The notes under the pieces were generated by a model, which saw only the letters and a list, made by a program, of their open reading frames with translations, did not search any database and was not told the DNA's origin. A stretch of DNA of 64,000 nt, from NCBI RefSeq assembly GCF_036971445.1, contig NC_091481.1, positions 7,378,001 through 7,442,000 on the forward strand, written 5' to 3'. Within the stretch, counting starts at the first letter, position 1. Each line of letters starts with the position of its first letter. This document shows, one piece after another, positions 13,982 through 28,003 of the stretch. The position numbers were made by a program, and so were the translations under genes. Source of the stretch: Narcine bancroftii (Eukaryota).

Positions 13982-15539
13982 CTTAGGATACATTTGACAG
14001 AAGGAAAAAAATAATTACAATACTCTCTTTAACATACAAACAGCACATATTGGTTTGAATTGCAATCCTCGATTTCACAGGCGAGAGGTGTTTTTTTATT
14101 TGCCAAAGTAATTATAACATGTATTGGGAGCAGGAAATCTATTTTCTACACAAACATTCACACTTAAAAACACACAAACAGAAAGGGGTGGAAATCACAA
14201 ATATTGGTTCTAATTAAAAACTGCAATGACATTTTCTTTTACCCTAAAGTTTAACTTCAACAATATTCACATTTTAACTCTAAAATTCTTCTTCCTGCAT
14301 TATGGAATTAAATGAATGCACAAAACAATGAAGCTTTACAATTTCACATTCAAATGATAAAAATATCAAATCTCAAACTAAAGAGGTAAAATCTTGGAAA
14401 ATTTAAAGTGCATTAGGTTGCTATCAGCCCAAACCATCAGTGCTGGGCAAACAGACAGGTACCCATCGTAATCCAACTCTCCAGCAACCATGTCCATCAT
14501 CCTATAGGGCACAGTCCCTGAAGTACACATTCAAACACATTTTAAACATGATAGGGCTTTGCCTCCACCTCTATCAGGCATTTATTGCCACAGTCCTCTT
14601 GCTCTTTGGGTGGGAAAAAAATATTTATCCCCCTTTTAGCCCTCTGCTTATTACTTGAAATCTTTGCCCATTGCTTGTGACATTTCGACTGTGGGAAATA
14701 GATGTCAATTTACCATTCTTGACCACTTATAACATCTCCTCTTTGCCTTCTTTGTTCCAAAGAGGAAAAGAAAATCAACAGCTCAGAAAATCTTTCTTCA
14801 GTTAAAATTTTCCAACATTGTCACAAATCACCTTTGCATATTCTCCAAAACTATATCTCTCCTGTAATGTGATTAAACTCTTAATTACTCAAATATTTTT
14901 GGAATATGTAGCAAAATCCCCAATACGCAGATTTCAAGCAACTGGCAATCCCAAGCAGCCAGCAAATAGATATCATAAGGAAGCAAATTAATAAATAAAA
15001 ATAATTAAGAATATAAATGTTTAAAATTCGAAAAGTAAATATTCTCCAAAGCAACACACCCTTGGTTAAGATGGGAGCAAACATTCAGCCTGCCCCAGTC
15101 GTACCCCACCCACAGCAGCTGTTTTGATAAAGTTGTGTTTTAATAAAATGGCGGTGCCTAAAATGACAGGTCGCCACTAGGGCAACTCTCTCAAAGTGTA
15201 TCCCTGACCAGTAAGTGTCTTTATATTTATTGGAACAAATGCTTTGAACTTGGGGATGGGGATTAATTATGATACAGCAGTTAGCGCAAAGCTGTTAAAG
15301 TGCCAGAGACAGGGATTTGAACTTTAACTTAAATTTTATAAGTTACAGGAGTTACTGATTAAAGTAAACTTTACACAATACTGATTTTTTTTTAATTCAA
15401 ATTACATTCTCTTTTGTATTTCAAACTGTTTATTCTTAATGCAGGTGTATTAGTTGGGCATTGTAAGAGTTTGTCTTAAGCAACCAGAAAATTTGCATAT
15501 CCCTGTCAGTGGTGCCAGATACCAGAGCTTTTACTGTAC

Positions 15540-15855
15540 CAGGCAAGATATCCCATCCTGCCTCTCAATAGTGCAAGTCTGCAATAAATACAATCACTGA
15601 ATCCAATGTGCACGAAAATCTTGTTCAGCAATTTAAATTACTTCACAATTTAAATTCTTCAAAGACTAAAATGATTTAGAAACAGAAGACCAGTTGTGAT
15701 GGTTTCAAGCTTGCCCCAGCAATGATTCATACTCCAAATTGCCCAACACAAACATGAATACTTTGAGTGTCTCGACATTTTTTAAACACGATGCACCACA
15801 TAAATGAAGCTCAATACTACACAGTGAGTAAATAGCCTTTTTGTCCCTGTTCCCC
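15540..15855 (-). pseudogene. EFCAB6-like relic exon
   Basis: Acceptor gtttccag; GEQGQKGYL, then NWSSVSKSF*SLKNLNCEVI*IAEQDFRA in a single frame. A MITE sits in the donor. Confidence 0.65.
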
Positions 15856-17709
15856 CTGGAAACTGGCTGACTGGCAAATAGTAGAGTGAAAACAAATATA
15901 GGTGGCTTGGAATTGCGGGGGCAGGATGATGGGAAAAGAAGGAATGTTGTAGTTGCAGGCAAGTCTGCCATATTTTTCCAACCTTCCAATGGAATAATAA
16001 TACAATTTGGCAACAAGTATAGAGAGAATATAGAAGTTGGTAAAAAGAGATTTCTTTCATAAGGATTTATTCAAAAGGCTTCAGATTTCCACTCAAATCA
16101 GTGTCTAGTATTAATCACTCAATGAGTAGATTCTATGCACCAACATACGAAACACTGCAGTAAAATGATGCATCTGTCCATCAACAGGGACCTCCTAGTG
16201 GCCATCCATTTCAATTGTGCATCCAACTCCCATATCTGTCCGTGGCCTCGTGTACTATCCCACAAACACCACCTAAAAATTGGAGAAACAATAACTGATT
16301 TTCCATCTGGGCACTCTTCAACCAGATGGCATTAACATCAACGCCTCTGGTTTCTACTCACCTACTCTCCATTCTCCTCCCTTTCCCCTTGTCTTTTTTC
16401 CCTTAGCTCTCCACCCCTCCCTCTCTATTCACATAGCTGTCCCCTCCCTCCCTTATCCACCTATTGGAACCTCCTGGCTTTGGGACCTGCTGCTCCCCCA
16501 TCCATTTGGTTCAGGTGCCTGCCTACATTTCCCCACATACTTTGATGGTTATACATAGTTATCTTTGCTATATTAAGTACACCATTTGAACTGTTGAGTT
16601 TCTCCAGCATTGTGTTTTTACAGTAAAATGATGTGGTTTCCTGGACACAACATTCACATAGACTGAATGAGGTGTTTCATTTTCTAACATTGCCCTGAAT
16701 AAACTGTATTCAGATCTGCATTTGGCTCAGATTTTGATCTGCATTTCTGTCAAGATTCCATCCAATCCATTCATTTGCTGCTGCATTTTCCAGCATTTGA
16801 TCCACTTCATTGTTGGTCATAGGCTTAATTTAGTATCCTCAATCTCTTTTCAAAGTTTATCATGCATGCCAGTAAACATGCAAGCTATACATCACATTAC
16901 ATTTCCTAGCACGTTGTTAAATATGGTTTTAAGCTTTAGGTGGCAACTTCAGAAATGGTAAACTTGACTGTTCTGAATATTTCAAAGTCAGTATCCTGTG
17001 CCCTGCTGGCTTGATAACTAATAATGATGTATCCAAAAACTAGCTAAATTAAGAATGACCATCAATTTCATAGGAGATAAACTTCGGTATCTGGAATCAG
17101 AATCCAAAATACCTTGTTTTCTTCACCAATATGCTGTTTTCATATAGCTCCACCTTTAAAAATAAAAGCATCAAGGCGTTTCATGGATTACTTGAGTACA
17201 ATGCCGCTCTAGAGAACATTGGCACAGATATCAAAAAAATGCTTGGACAAATCTGTAGGTTTAAGCACCTTCTTTACAATGCATGAGAAAATAGAGAGGA
17301 AGTAATTGCAAAGCCTCAAGTCTATCCAACTGTAGATACAGTCACCAGTTCCAGAGCAAATAAAATCACAGAGGTACAAAAGCCAAAGTTGAAAAAAAAT
17401 GTAGGGATTTCAAGGTCTGTAGGAGATAAAAGATGGAGAGCAAGTCATAATAAGTGATAATAAGATGTTGGATTGTACGCTCTGATAAAAAACGTGCACT
17501 GTCCTCAAGTCACACTGATCCACTACAATTGACAGTTGTCTACAAATTAGTTCACAAACCCTCAAATAGCAAATGAATTTCTTTCACCATTTTGTAATTT
17601 TATTAAAAAAACTAGTTCTCTTGGTAGCTCAACCAGAAAATTCATATTTTATATGCTTCCACTCTACACTGGCACCAAAGGTTAAAATAACCAAAGGGTA
17701 CTAGTGGGA

Positions 17710-18285
17710 ACGAGCTCCTATTGCTACACAAATGGTCTTTATGGCATGCATCTCAAACAGCCTCTGACAACCAAGTCCAACTCCTACCAGGCAGAGTTGT
17801 TCTCACTGACAAAAGAGGGGACAAAGGCAGGCCACTGGTGCCTTGAAACCAGTTGCTCTGGACTGCTGGGGCACATTAACTCATCTAGGAGAGGAAAACT
17901 CCGATTTCAAACCTCCACTGTCTTGTGGCTATACCAGCTCATGGAAAAGGCTTTGGAAGTAAACCCAAAGGAAAAATCTGGAGTTGGAGTCTTGAAGGCA
18001 GGTGACTGTTGTACCCATTGTTGCAAGGCAACTCCTGCGATGCTGGTGACACCAAACTGCATCGACTTTCATCATTCCTTTGTACTTGTCATTAGCATGG
18101 GGGGGCACTGCAAGGGTAACATGTCAACTCTGCCATGTTACACCTGCAGCAACTGTGGCAGAGCCTGCTATTCCAGGATCGGCCTCAGTAACAACAGCTG
18201 ACGCTACTCAACAAACCAGTGACTATCAGAGGTACAATGCCCATGGTCAACCACAACTGACAGAGACCACACTCGCTACATAGCT
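17710..18285 (+). mobile_element. Internally deleted RTE-clade LINE
   Basis: Putative RTE 5' region fused to the C-terminal motif YTCSNCGRACYSRIGL. Confidence 0.65.
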
Positions 18286-18382
18286 TGTATTCAAATTCTT
18301 CTCAACTTTTAACTTCTACTGAACATAGACTGTGCACACGTGTATACATTCAACTCACTTTTAAATAAAAGCATTTACTCAC

Positions 18383-18570
18383 TCATAATGATGCGTTGGT
18401 CTTCATGAGATAGATATTGTTCTGATCTGCAATTATTTATCCTGAGATGCCCTATTTAAAAAAAAAAAGTTGAAATTATAACAAGGCAGACATACTTGAA
18501 ACTTTCTCAGATTCAATTTTCTCTCTGGACACAATCTAGAGCCACAAATAGCATTAATCTCTTTGGGTTC
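18383..18570 (-). pseudogene. Two probable relic exons (~18496-18570; 18383-18451)
   Basis: FVALDCVQR ... |gtatgt; then poly-T aatag ... LSHEDQRIIM |gtgagt. The intervening intron is only ~44 nt. Confidence 0.45.
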
Positions 18571-19649
18571 AGAATACAGAAGAAGAGTTTGGATAGCCAC
18601 TCTTTATTGTGTTACTCATTTTTCTATTGGAAAATGGGGAAGGAATGGTCATAAATTATGACCACTGGCTGGCATGTCAAGCACACTGATAATGTGTGCA
18701 CTGTAGAAGACCCATCTATTGTTACAATCAATCTATTCCTTCTGTTGCTACCTTTTGCAATAGAGGTTTACAGCACAGAAGAAAATCTTTTAGCCCAACT
18801 TGTCTATGCTGGCCAAGTTGTCTATCAATCCTAATCCAATTTGCTTACATTTGGCCTACATCCCTCTAAACCTTTTTGATGTATGCAACCATCTACATCT
18901 TCCAGACTTTGCTGTTGTGTCATCCTCAACTACTTCCTCTAGCAATATGTTCCACATAATTATGCCCTGACCAATAGATAAGCATGTCAAATTTCACCAC
19001 CCTATCCTCCTGTGACACGACTTTCATGAAACTAGGTGCTTGAAGCCACAAATCTCTGTTCCACAATAGTCTTAAAGACCCTACCATTTACTGTACAACT
19101 CCAGTCCTGGTTTAACTGACCAAAGTGCAACACATTTGTCAGTTAAATTCCTTCCACCATTTTTTGTTCCTTTTTCCAATTCAACTTGCTCCTGTTGTCA
19201 TCTCAGATAACCTTCACTGTTCACAATATCACCAATTTTGGTGACATCCACACCAGATAACAAACAAGACAATCTTGCCCAGTCCCTCTGGCACACCAAC
19301 CTAAATAATAATCCTCTACCACCATCCTCGGACTCTGACAATCAATCCAATTGATCAGCGCACTCTGGATCCCATCGGATTGGATTTTCTACATTGTCAA
19401 AGGTGCTATTAAGGTTGATGCAGACCAGCCATTCTTAACAGCGACCATACAGCTTCCCTGGGGAAGCACATTTAAGAAGGGATCACAGAAATCAAAAAAT
19501 ATTTTTTATGTAGTCAGAATGAGAGAAGTACAGAAGAAACCAACTAAATTTTTCTACTTCATAAGAAAGGGAACTCAAACTTTGAGCAGAGTCCTAAGGG
19601 GGCCATAGCCAAAGAAGATTGAGAACAGTTGATGCAGACAATGTTTAGA

Positions 19650-20560
19650 ACCATAGAACATTACAGCACAGAAACAGGCCCAAATTGTTTTCTGCCTAGT
19701 CCCACTGACCTGCACGCAATCTGTAGCCCTCCATACCTCTCCCATCCATGGACCTGTCCAAATTCTTCTTGCATGTTAAAATTGAGTCCACATTCATCAC
19801 TTCAGCTGACAGCTCATTCCACACTCCCACCACTCTCTTATGAAGAAGTTCCCCCTAAACTATTCCCCTTTCACCCTTAGCCCAGGTCCTCTGGTTTTTG
19901 TATCTCATCTACCCTCAGTGAAAAAACCCTTCCTGCATTTACTCTATCCCCCCCATAACTTTAAATACCTCGATCAAATCTCCCCTCATTTTTTCTACAC
20001 TCCTAACCTGTTTAACCTTTCCCTGCAGCACAATTCCTGAAGTCCAGGCAACATCCTAGTAAATCATCTCTGCACAGTGTCTTGATAATATCTTTCCTGG
20101 AATTAGGAGACTCAAACTGCACACAATACTCCAAATATGGCCTCACCAATGTCTTGTACATCTTTACCATGACATCCCAACTCGTATACTCAATACTTTG
20201 ATTTATGAAAGCCAATGTGCCATGTTCTTTTTACAACCCTATCTACCCGCTTACTACCCTACCTTCATTGCTCTTCAACAAAACTCAAGATCATGGGATA
20301 GTATTTCCCACACACAAAGCCATTCTGCTACTCCTAATCAGTCCTTGCCTTTTCAAGTGCGTGTAGATACTCTCTTGCTGAAGCCCCCTTTGATAACTCA
20401 CGTCCTCTGGCTTGTCCTTGCAGCCATTCGAAAATAGAAGCCCAATATTGATCACCCGACAGTCATCCCACATCTCATCCACGGCCGCCAATGATACAAA
20501 TATCCCATCAGGGACTTCCACGGTTTGTCCCTAGCTTTCCGCAATGATTCTGGATACACT
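19650..20560 (-). mobile_element. CR1 LINE fragment
   Basis: MYKTLVRPYLEYCVQF motif and CR1 3' UTR. Confidence 0.85.
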
Positions 20561-21036
20561 TGGTCACGCCTCAGTACTGCACTTATTCATTTTAAGACCC
20601 ATGAAAAACAACATGTTATTCCAGAAATGGGATTTTCCAAACAACACCAATTTTGATTTGAGTATTTGCTGTAATTCTGTCATTTGCACTCTCAGTTGAA
20701 CCACAAATGCGCAGATTCAAATCCTACTACCATGACCTGAAGACACAAGATCTAATACTTCACTGCATAACTGAGAGAACACAATCAGTAGAACTTCTTT
20801 TGGAATGAGATGTTTATCAAAGCCTTGTCCCATCTTTAAAAATTGACATGAAAGTCCCAGAGCATTTTGAAATTAAAGATTAGGGGGAATTAATTGCTGT
20901 GACTAATTTTTGTTCTATACCCAACGTAATAAACCAGATTGTAGAGTGAGCGCTTCATATCTATTAATGTACTGCTACTTTCTGCGACATTTGAAACAGT
21001 GGCTATTAAAAAGACTTCATAAATTTTTTTTTTAAA

Positions 21037-21240
21037 TTAGACAAAGCACAATAAAAGGCCATTTTGTGTTACCCCATTTACACCCAGTTAACCTACAACC
21101 CCTGGTAAGTTTTGAACAGTGGGAGGAAACCCACGCAGACACAGGGAGAACTTGTAAACTCCTTACAGTCTGCGTGGGATTCAAACCCCGGTCCCAATTG
21201 CTGGCGCTGTAAAGGTGTTGCGCTGACCGCCACGCCAACC
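21037..21240 (-). mobile_element. tRNA-derived SINE (representative copy)
   Basis: A box TGGCGTGGCGG and B-box-like GTTTGAATCC, core TGTAAGGAGTTT..GTTCTCCC..GCGTGGGTTTCCTCC. Copies at ~1283-1382, 6290-6420, 22235-22365, 28745-28940, 32603-32812, 44990-45110, 45490-45718, 56895-57115. Confidence 0.85.
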
Positions 21241-21710
21241 GGGTTGCTTCGGAAGTGCTGGTAATGCGCAGCAGACCAGGCCACTATCCCTGGAGAGAAA
21301 CAAAGTCAACCAATTTCGATTGGCATTCAAAAAAAAAGTGGTTTAAAAAAGTTTCAAGGTCTAAAGAAAGTGAGAGAAGAGAAGAAAGGAGAGAATGCAA
21401 AAGTTCTTGCTTTATCTCTTCCTTTATTTTTGCATATTCTTAGAGAGAACAGTTCTTCTCTCCAATAGATGCTCCCTGAACTGATCGGTGATTCCAACAG
21501 TTTTGTTTTTGAATCGTATTCATCTTCTGCAATATTTTACTTCAAGTGCAAAAGTTATTCAGGAAGACCTGCAGTGACAATGCACTAGATTGTTGCAATT
21601 CTTTACAGTATTAACTATGCATTTTTTTTTAAACATTGGGTGAATTTCTACATTTGACAAACCTCTGTCCTTTCACCAGTGTTTATAGTTTCATGGGTCT
21701 GATAAGAAAG
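21240..21710 (-). pseudogene. Two probable relic exons (21663-21710; ~21240-21568, the latter interrupted by a repeat)
   Basis: LSYQTHETINTGERTE; VFLNNFCT / NIAEDEYD; DLETFLNHF. Confidence 0.4.
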
Positions 21711-22705
21711 CTGCAATTTAATTTCAAACAAGCTATTTTTTTTTAAATACTTCTTAACCCTATATTGGGAACCTGTTGTCGTCACCTTCAGTGAAAGATG
21801 GAAACAACTTTGATGAAAACCAGTAAAAAAAAATGCTGGAGAAACTCAGCAGGTCAAACAGAGCTGTTGTGTTGTGTTTTTACTTCAACCGCACTGTCTG
21901 CAGACATTCAGGTTTTACTTTCCCCAAAAACTGCACACACCAGCGCCAGGAGAAAAACAAGTCCACCTCCCAACAACATAATTACAAGAATGCACTGCAT
22001 TCTGTACAAGATGGCATTTGATTTACAGGAGGATCAACATGGTTATGGCAGACAGAACGGAGTACGTAAAAGGAGAATGCAATTTTGCTTACTATAGAAT
22101 GGGCACTTGGGTACACAAAATCCACGTTTACCAAGTACCTATTTACCTTCATCTTGCACCAATCTCACTTTACACTTCCATCAACTCAAGCAGATTCTAC
22201 AGGTACCGACACACGAGGAGGAATATGCAATGTCTAATTAACCTACCCACCTGCATGTAGGTGGCAGGGAACAAAGAGCACCCAGAGAAAACCCGCACAG
22301 TCACGCAGGAAATGTGCAAAATTGACAAAATAGGACGAGAAATCAAACTTGGGTCATTCAAACTAAGGCACCTTTTTCTTTATGCTGCCGAATGAACAGT
22401 GAAGCAAGTACTGAAATCAATAATCCTGCTAGAAGCACCCTAATAACCACTGGATTTCCATGGATTCCAGAACAATTGCATTTCTCCCCCCCCCCACCAC
22501 TGTAATGAAGACTGAACTTCAATGCAACTTTAATTAGTAATTTATGCTAAAAGGCTAATTGCTTTTGATAGTATCTGAAAGATTCTAATTTTTATGATCT
22601 AACTTTTTTGTTGCAGCTTCAAGGGTCCTATTTAAACGTGAAGAGGAACTTGTAAAACTGATACACCACGATCACAATTTAAACTCGTTCATCGCTAAAA
22701 CTCAC

Positions 22706-22884
22706 CAAGGTCTTTGCCCTTTCTGCTGAAAGTTCCCTTGTGTATCATAGTTTCATTGCTCCACCCCAGGAACATCAATGCCTTATGCTGCCAAACCCTG
22801 TTCCAGAATTCCCTCATCAACAATTTTTATAATCCCAACTTTTTCATTTTCCATTAAAACACAGATTTCAAATTTTGTTTGATA
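22706..22884 (-). pseudogene. EFCAB6-like relic exon
   Basis: ctttccccgtatag ... TTG|gtgagt; MKKLGL / KIVD / REFW fragments. Confidence 0.55.
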
Positions 22885-23387
22885 CTATACGGGGAAAGAT
22901 GGAAGGATGTTTTGCTACATTAAATGTATCATTATATGCAAGTAATTTTCATAAACGGTGATACAACTAAAAACTTATATCAATTGATTCACTTCTCAAG
23001 ATATTTAAAGTGTTACAAAATGCATGCGTTAATTAAAAGTACAGAGAATACTGGCTCAAGAAATTACCCTGTTGATACAATATACAAAGTCACACGACTG
23101 AAGATTGTGCACAATTTTGCACAGTCAAGTGTTCCAAACAGAGTTCATGATAAGTAGCAAAATACAAAAGTTTGCAGACACCATGATTGAAGTAAAAACA
23201 CAACGCTGGAGAAACTCAACAGGTCAAACAGTGTCCTTTAGATAGCAAAGATAAAAATAAATTATCTCCGTTGCAGGTCTGAGCCCTTCATCAAGGGATG
23301 AACCAAATGCACCTGGAATCAGGCACTTGCCAACATTTTGTTCTTACCCTGAAGGAGGGCTTAAACCCGAAACATGGGTTATGTCCC

Positions 23388-23587
23388 NNNNNNNNNNNNN
23401 NNNNNNNNNNNNNNNNNNNNNNNNNNNNNNNNNNNNNNNNNNNNNNNNNNNNNNNNNNNNNNNNNNNNNNNNNNNNNNNNNNNNNNNNNNNNNNNNNNNN
23501 NNNNNNNNNNNNNNNNNNNNNNNNNNNNNNNNNNNNNNNNNNNNNNNNNNNNNNNNNNNNNNNNNNNNNNNNNNNNNNNNNNNNNNN
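23388..23587. other. Assembly gap (200 N)
   Basis: Run of exactly 200 N. Confidence 0.99.
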
Positions 23588-25384
23588 TTAATGGGATCTC
23601 GTAAGTTAAGAAGGTAAGGAGAATAAAATAAGATGAGGGTACAGTTCATGATGGTCAGAGACCCCTGCGGTCTTCAGGACCCCAGGTGTGCTGATAAAAG
23701 GCCTTGCAGCAATAATTTCTCTTGTCACTGTAGCCAAATACTGACAACACTGGGTCAAATTCTGAGTTCTGTAGGCATGCTCGATCTTCATCTCCTCTTG
23801 TGTGCAACTCGCTTCCCCTTGAGAATGGGATAAACATTTGATTCTTTTCCAGTATATAAGTTGTATATGCAATAGTATATTCATGGGGGGGCGGGGAGGA
23901 AATGGAGTGTCTATAGGAAGATTTCTATGCAATCTCATCTACAGATGAAGATATGATTGATGGTTTTCCATTTCTGATCAATTTTCTGTTAATATTGCAT
24001 TGAAATAATACAAAACCCAAAATGTTATGGACACTGAAACTTAAAATCAAACTGCAAAGAGTTGGAAACTCTCAACAAATCGAGCAACCTCTATGAAGAT
24101 TGTTTCAAGTCCATGAATTTTATTTTTAGCAGTATAACCATGACCCGAATTTCTGATTCCTATTCAACGGATGCTATCAGACTGGACTATTTCATTAACT
24201 TAAACGTTGCCCAAACAGGGTTTTTTTCAGTAATTTGCTGTAGAATTTCTGTTCTCATTAGTGGAGAAACCTGCTCGTGGTCCATTAATTATCTTAATTA
24301 TCGAAAAATGTGTCACCACAAGCAATTCAACCCATTGTATCTGCCAGATGAAAAAAAAATCACCTTCCTTTAGGTTGTCGCAATTCAAGGGCACATGCAG
24401 ATACAGTAGTGATTAAACATGAAGGTTTCTGTTGCTACCATGTATTCAGGCAGCAAATCCTTGATCCCTTCCTTCTAATCTTTTCACCACTTTAAGGTGT
24501 AATTTGCGATTCATTTTTTCCAGTAAAATTTGTCCTTATTTTTCTCTATCTTGGCTCCACAATTTTATAGACCTCAGTTAAGTCCTTGTTTCCTTTTTTT
24601 CCACAGAAGACATTCCTAGAATATCCAACCTTTCCTTATAGCCACAGTTTTCCAATTCCCACAATGTCTTTTAAATCTCAACACATTCTCAATGCAATCA
24701 CATCTTTCCTACAACTTGATCAAAACATTTTATGTTACAGGTCTTTCCTGGGTTACAAATACTCAATTCCAATACATCTGAAATATTTGGGAGACCAGTG
24801 GGATGGTTATGTAGGTTGTTGCAAGGCTGATTACAGGCAACTTAAGCCAGGAAGAATCAGATCATTTCCATGTGCTTTCTCTCCTCACCCCTCTGAGCAC
24901 AAAAAAATTGGAGCTAGGTTGAATTGAGCAAAAGCACTGAGTCAGTGAGGCCAGCAGGCAGCTGCTCCTCCCATGCCTGCTTGTTATCCTATCACAGCTT
25001 TTTCTCTGATCCTCTCCCACACACTGGTTTTGTTCATTTCCAACTTCCTAACACTTTGGGTTACAAATAGTTCTCAGGAATGGAATTGTATCCTGGGAGT
25101 TTCCTGGATGCCAGCTGCAGCTACCTGGTGTTATGAACAGTTAATCCCATAGTCTTTACCTTCTCTAAGTTCATAAAGGATAACTGTCTTCAATAAACAG
25201 CAAGAAGAAGAAGAATGAATTTTAAGTTTAAAAAAAAAGGTTAATTGAGGAACCCAAAAATCTGCAAATGCTGTGATTGTACACAAAAATGCTGGGAAGT
25301 TATGGAACTTTGTTTATATAGCAAAGATAAATATTATAGAAAATTATTTCTATTCCCTACTTTTCTGATAGGATGTTCATTTAC

Positions 25385-25461
25385 ATCCCAGGCAAGATTC
25401 ACTGAACCATCACCCTTATTCACATAATTTGCATCCTTTTCAGGGTTTGTAATCTTGTGAT
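25385..25461 (-). pseudogene. EFCAB6-like relic exon (linker)
   Basis: ttttttcttctag ... GAT|gtaaat; open frame (D)HKITNPEKDANYVNKGDGSVNLAWD. Confidence 0.45.
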
Positions 25462-25776
25462 CTAGAAGAAAAAATGCTACCAAATGAATCAAATTGACAC
25501 CAAGTTGGTACTTCTAAATCAATAAAAGATTATTCAAGGCATTGGAATATAATTTTAAGATACGGACGCCATTTAGGCTATTGAGTCTGATCGGGTGTGG
25601 GCAGAACAAAATAATATAAATAGTTACTGTAGAAAAAGTGTTGGAGTTCAAAATCTCTCTAACAAAAAAAATTACCACAATATTGAGACATTTTAAATCA
25701 GAATGAACAAGGTACTTTTTACAAGGTAATGATTACACTTATCTTGTTTGTACTTGTTGAATTAAAAATGACTCAC

Positions 25777-25872
25777 AGTTTATGAAACATCTGTGTGAAC
25801 CTCCAGTAGATATTACAGTTTATAGACATGAGTGATTAACAAAGGCAGATAAGTGTCTGGACGCTGACATTT
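25777..25872 (-). pseudogene. EFCAB6-like relic exon
   Basis: ctgctgtcag ... CT|gtgagt; VSVQTL / LLITHVYKL / QMFHKL, the typical EFCAB6 inter-loop helix pattern. Confidence 0.6.
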
Positions 25873-27239
25873 CTGACAGCAGATAATAATTTATTTTAAT
25901 TGTCAGTCACAATAGTCAAAATTTTGCTGATTTTTGTGTAAAGTGAATAATTAAAAAATACATTAACAGTGTAATTCTATTAATGTACATGGCTGTAATT
26001 CATCTCAAATCAACCAACTATTCTGCATCTAAATGTTTGAGGAACTAGAATGTTCTAATATTGCGGTAAGAGAAATAGTAACAATTTTTCTTCCATTTGC
26101 CCATATTGTGGCCTCTCCCATCCATTTCAAACTAATCAATGTTATGGTATTTATCTCAATAAAACATCAGATTCTGCAAATTACCACTCCACATTCAATG
26201 TCATTTGCCTTTCTGAGTTTCTTGAATTGTGGTGGTTTCTCTCAAATTCTTGTCCCCATTTTTTATTTGCATTTCACTCTAATCAGCTTCATGTGGCTAT
26301 CACTGTGCTAAGATAGCTTGTATCAAAATACAAAAATATATTCTATATCACTGAATCTCTCCTTCAACTATTTGCAGCTTTTGATGGGTTGATGGCATCA
26401 TCTTTCTCCATAGTTTCTGAAATACCTTCGAATGAGTGACACAGCACTTGCAGGGTTCCCCTTTTATTTCTCCCCTCATGAGCAAGTGTGAATCATGAAT
26501 ACCTTCTCTTCCTGAGATGCATCTTTGATCTCTTAGATTTCACCTGCATGCTGCTTGACCACACTTTTGAGTAACAATTTCTTCTAACGTCTTTGGATCC
26601 ACAACATGCTTTATACTCCAGCTGCCAATTCAAATTCTATCCCTGGCAATTGTCTGAGACCAAACCGAAAGCTGCTTGCAAACCTAACTATATTCGATCC
26701 TGATACAAACTGAATTACTTTGTGGTACAATCACCAAGATATTTATTTCTTGGGTCCCAGTTCTCTCTGTGCCTCAATCATCTGCTAAAACTTACATCTA
26801 TGTCCCTGTACATTTCGAATTGGTTATTTTGTTGAATTCTTGTAATTAGCCTTCCTGATTTTTTTTAAACCCTCAAAGCATGAAAGTCATTGTGCCTTCT
26901 GTTTTCATTGGTGTAGTATTTCATTTGATTACTTCATTCATGTTTGTTGTGCATGAATTACAGTTGGGGGGGAGGAATTGGAAAGCAGTGAAGCTGCTTA
27001 TTTTTCCAAACTACACAAAATTGGGAACATGTTGCTTTCCTTTAGTTTTGTACAAACATCACCTGGAATTCTACTTAACACATTCTAATTAATTCCATAT
27101 CTTTACCCAATCTTACCCATCTCAGTTAAGCAATGCCTTCATTGCTTTATTTTGCCTCATTAATCTCCAGCCTTGCAAACTCCTAAAATATCTGCTCTAA
27201 TTTTGACTCTTGATCATTCCCAATTTTTAGCATGCTACT

Positions 27240-27457
27240 TGCTGTGGCTTGGTGACAAATGTTGTTAAATGTTGATAATGCATTTATGAATCTTGATTTC
27301 TTTTTACTACTTCACAGGGACTGTATTAATAAAAATTGTATGCATTCATAAGTGTTTCCTTATTGCTTCCTTTAGTGTTCAATTGAAAATAAGGATCATC
27401 TTGGATATAGAAATTAAGTATAGAAGAAGAATTTTCCTTGGAAATTATTCATGACAT
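27240..27457 (-). pseudogene. Probable EFCAB6-like relic exon
   Basis: Acceptor ttttatctaaacacag; NNFQGKFFFYT*FL and KMHYQHL fragments; 3' boundary approximate. Confidence 0.35.
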
Positions 27458-27642
27458 CTGTGTTTAGATAAAATGAAAATGTTTGCTAGACTCTGATTAT
27501 ATATTATTAAGGAGGGCAAGTACTCCTTAATGTGATGTTACTGACAAGATAAACCTCACATATGCCTTGTCCTCCCCACTTCATATTTCCCAAGTGCACT
27601 GGATTAACTGTAAAAAGGCTAAGGAAAACTTGTTTTTTTCAC

Positions 27643-27787
27643 CTTGAGGTACAAAGTAATTGTCATTTCTTCAGAAAAAGGATATTTGAATTCTCTTCAT
27701 AAAGCAGAAGTATTTGAAATGTTCCATATTCATGCTGGTTCAATCATAATGACAGAAAATTACCATTTCTCAAAAAATTATCCATTG
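27643..27787 (-). pseudogene. EFCAB6-like relic exon
   Basis: ttttatttttgcag ... AAG|gtga; FCHYD and REFKYPFSEE fragments. Confidence 0.55.
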
Positions 27788-27859
27788 CTGCAAAAATAAA
27801 AGAAATGAACTGGAACAAGTGTTTATTTTCCAAAAATGATTTCCTAAACATCTCTGCAC

Positions 27860-28003
27860 GTTTTGATTTTAGGATCTAGTCCAAAACTTGCCCCAATTGC
27901 TCCATTTCCTCCTGGTTCGAATACAATCTCAAGGCTCTTTGTTTCAGTTTATGATCAAAACATTGGCAGCTTCTCCCATTTCTGCTTATAAGTTTTAAAA
28001 AGC
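27860..28003 (-). pseudogene. EFCAB6-like relic exon
   Basis: Acceptor ggcag; LFKTYKQKWEKLP..*..LEIVFEPGGNGAIGASFGLDPKIK. Confidence 0.5.

Noticed and set aside
23298-23649. ORFs spanning the N run
   Set aside because: Artefacts of the assembly gap.
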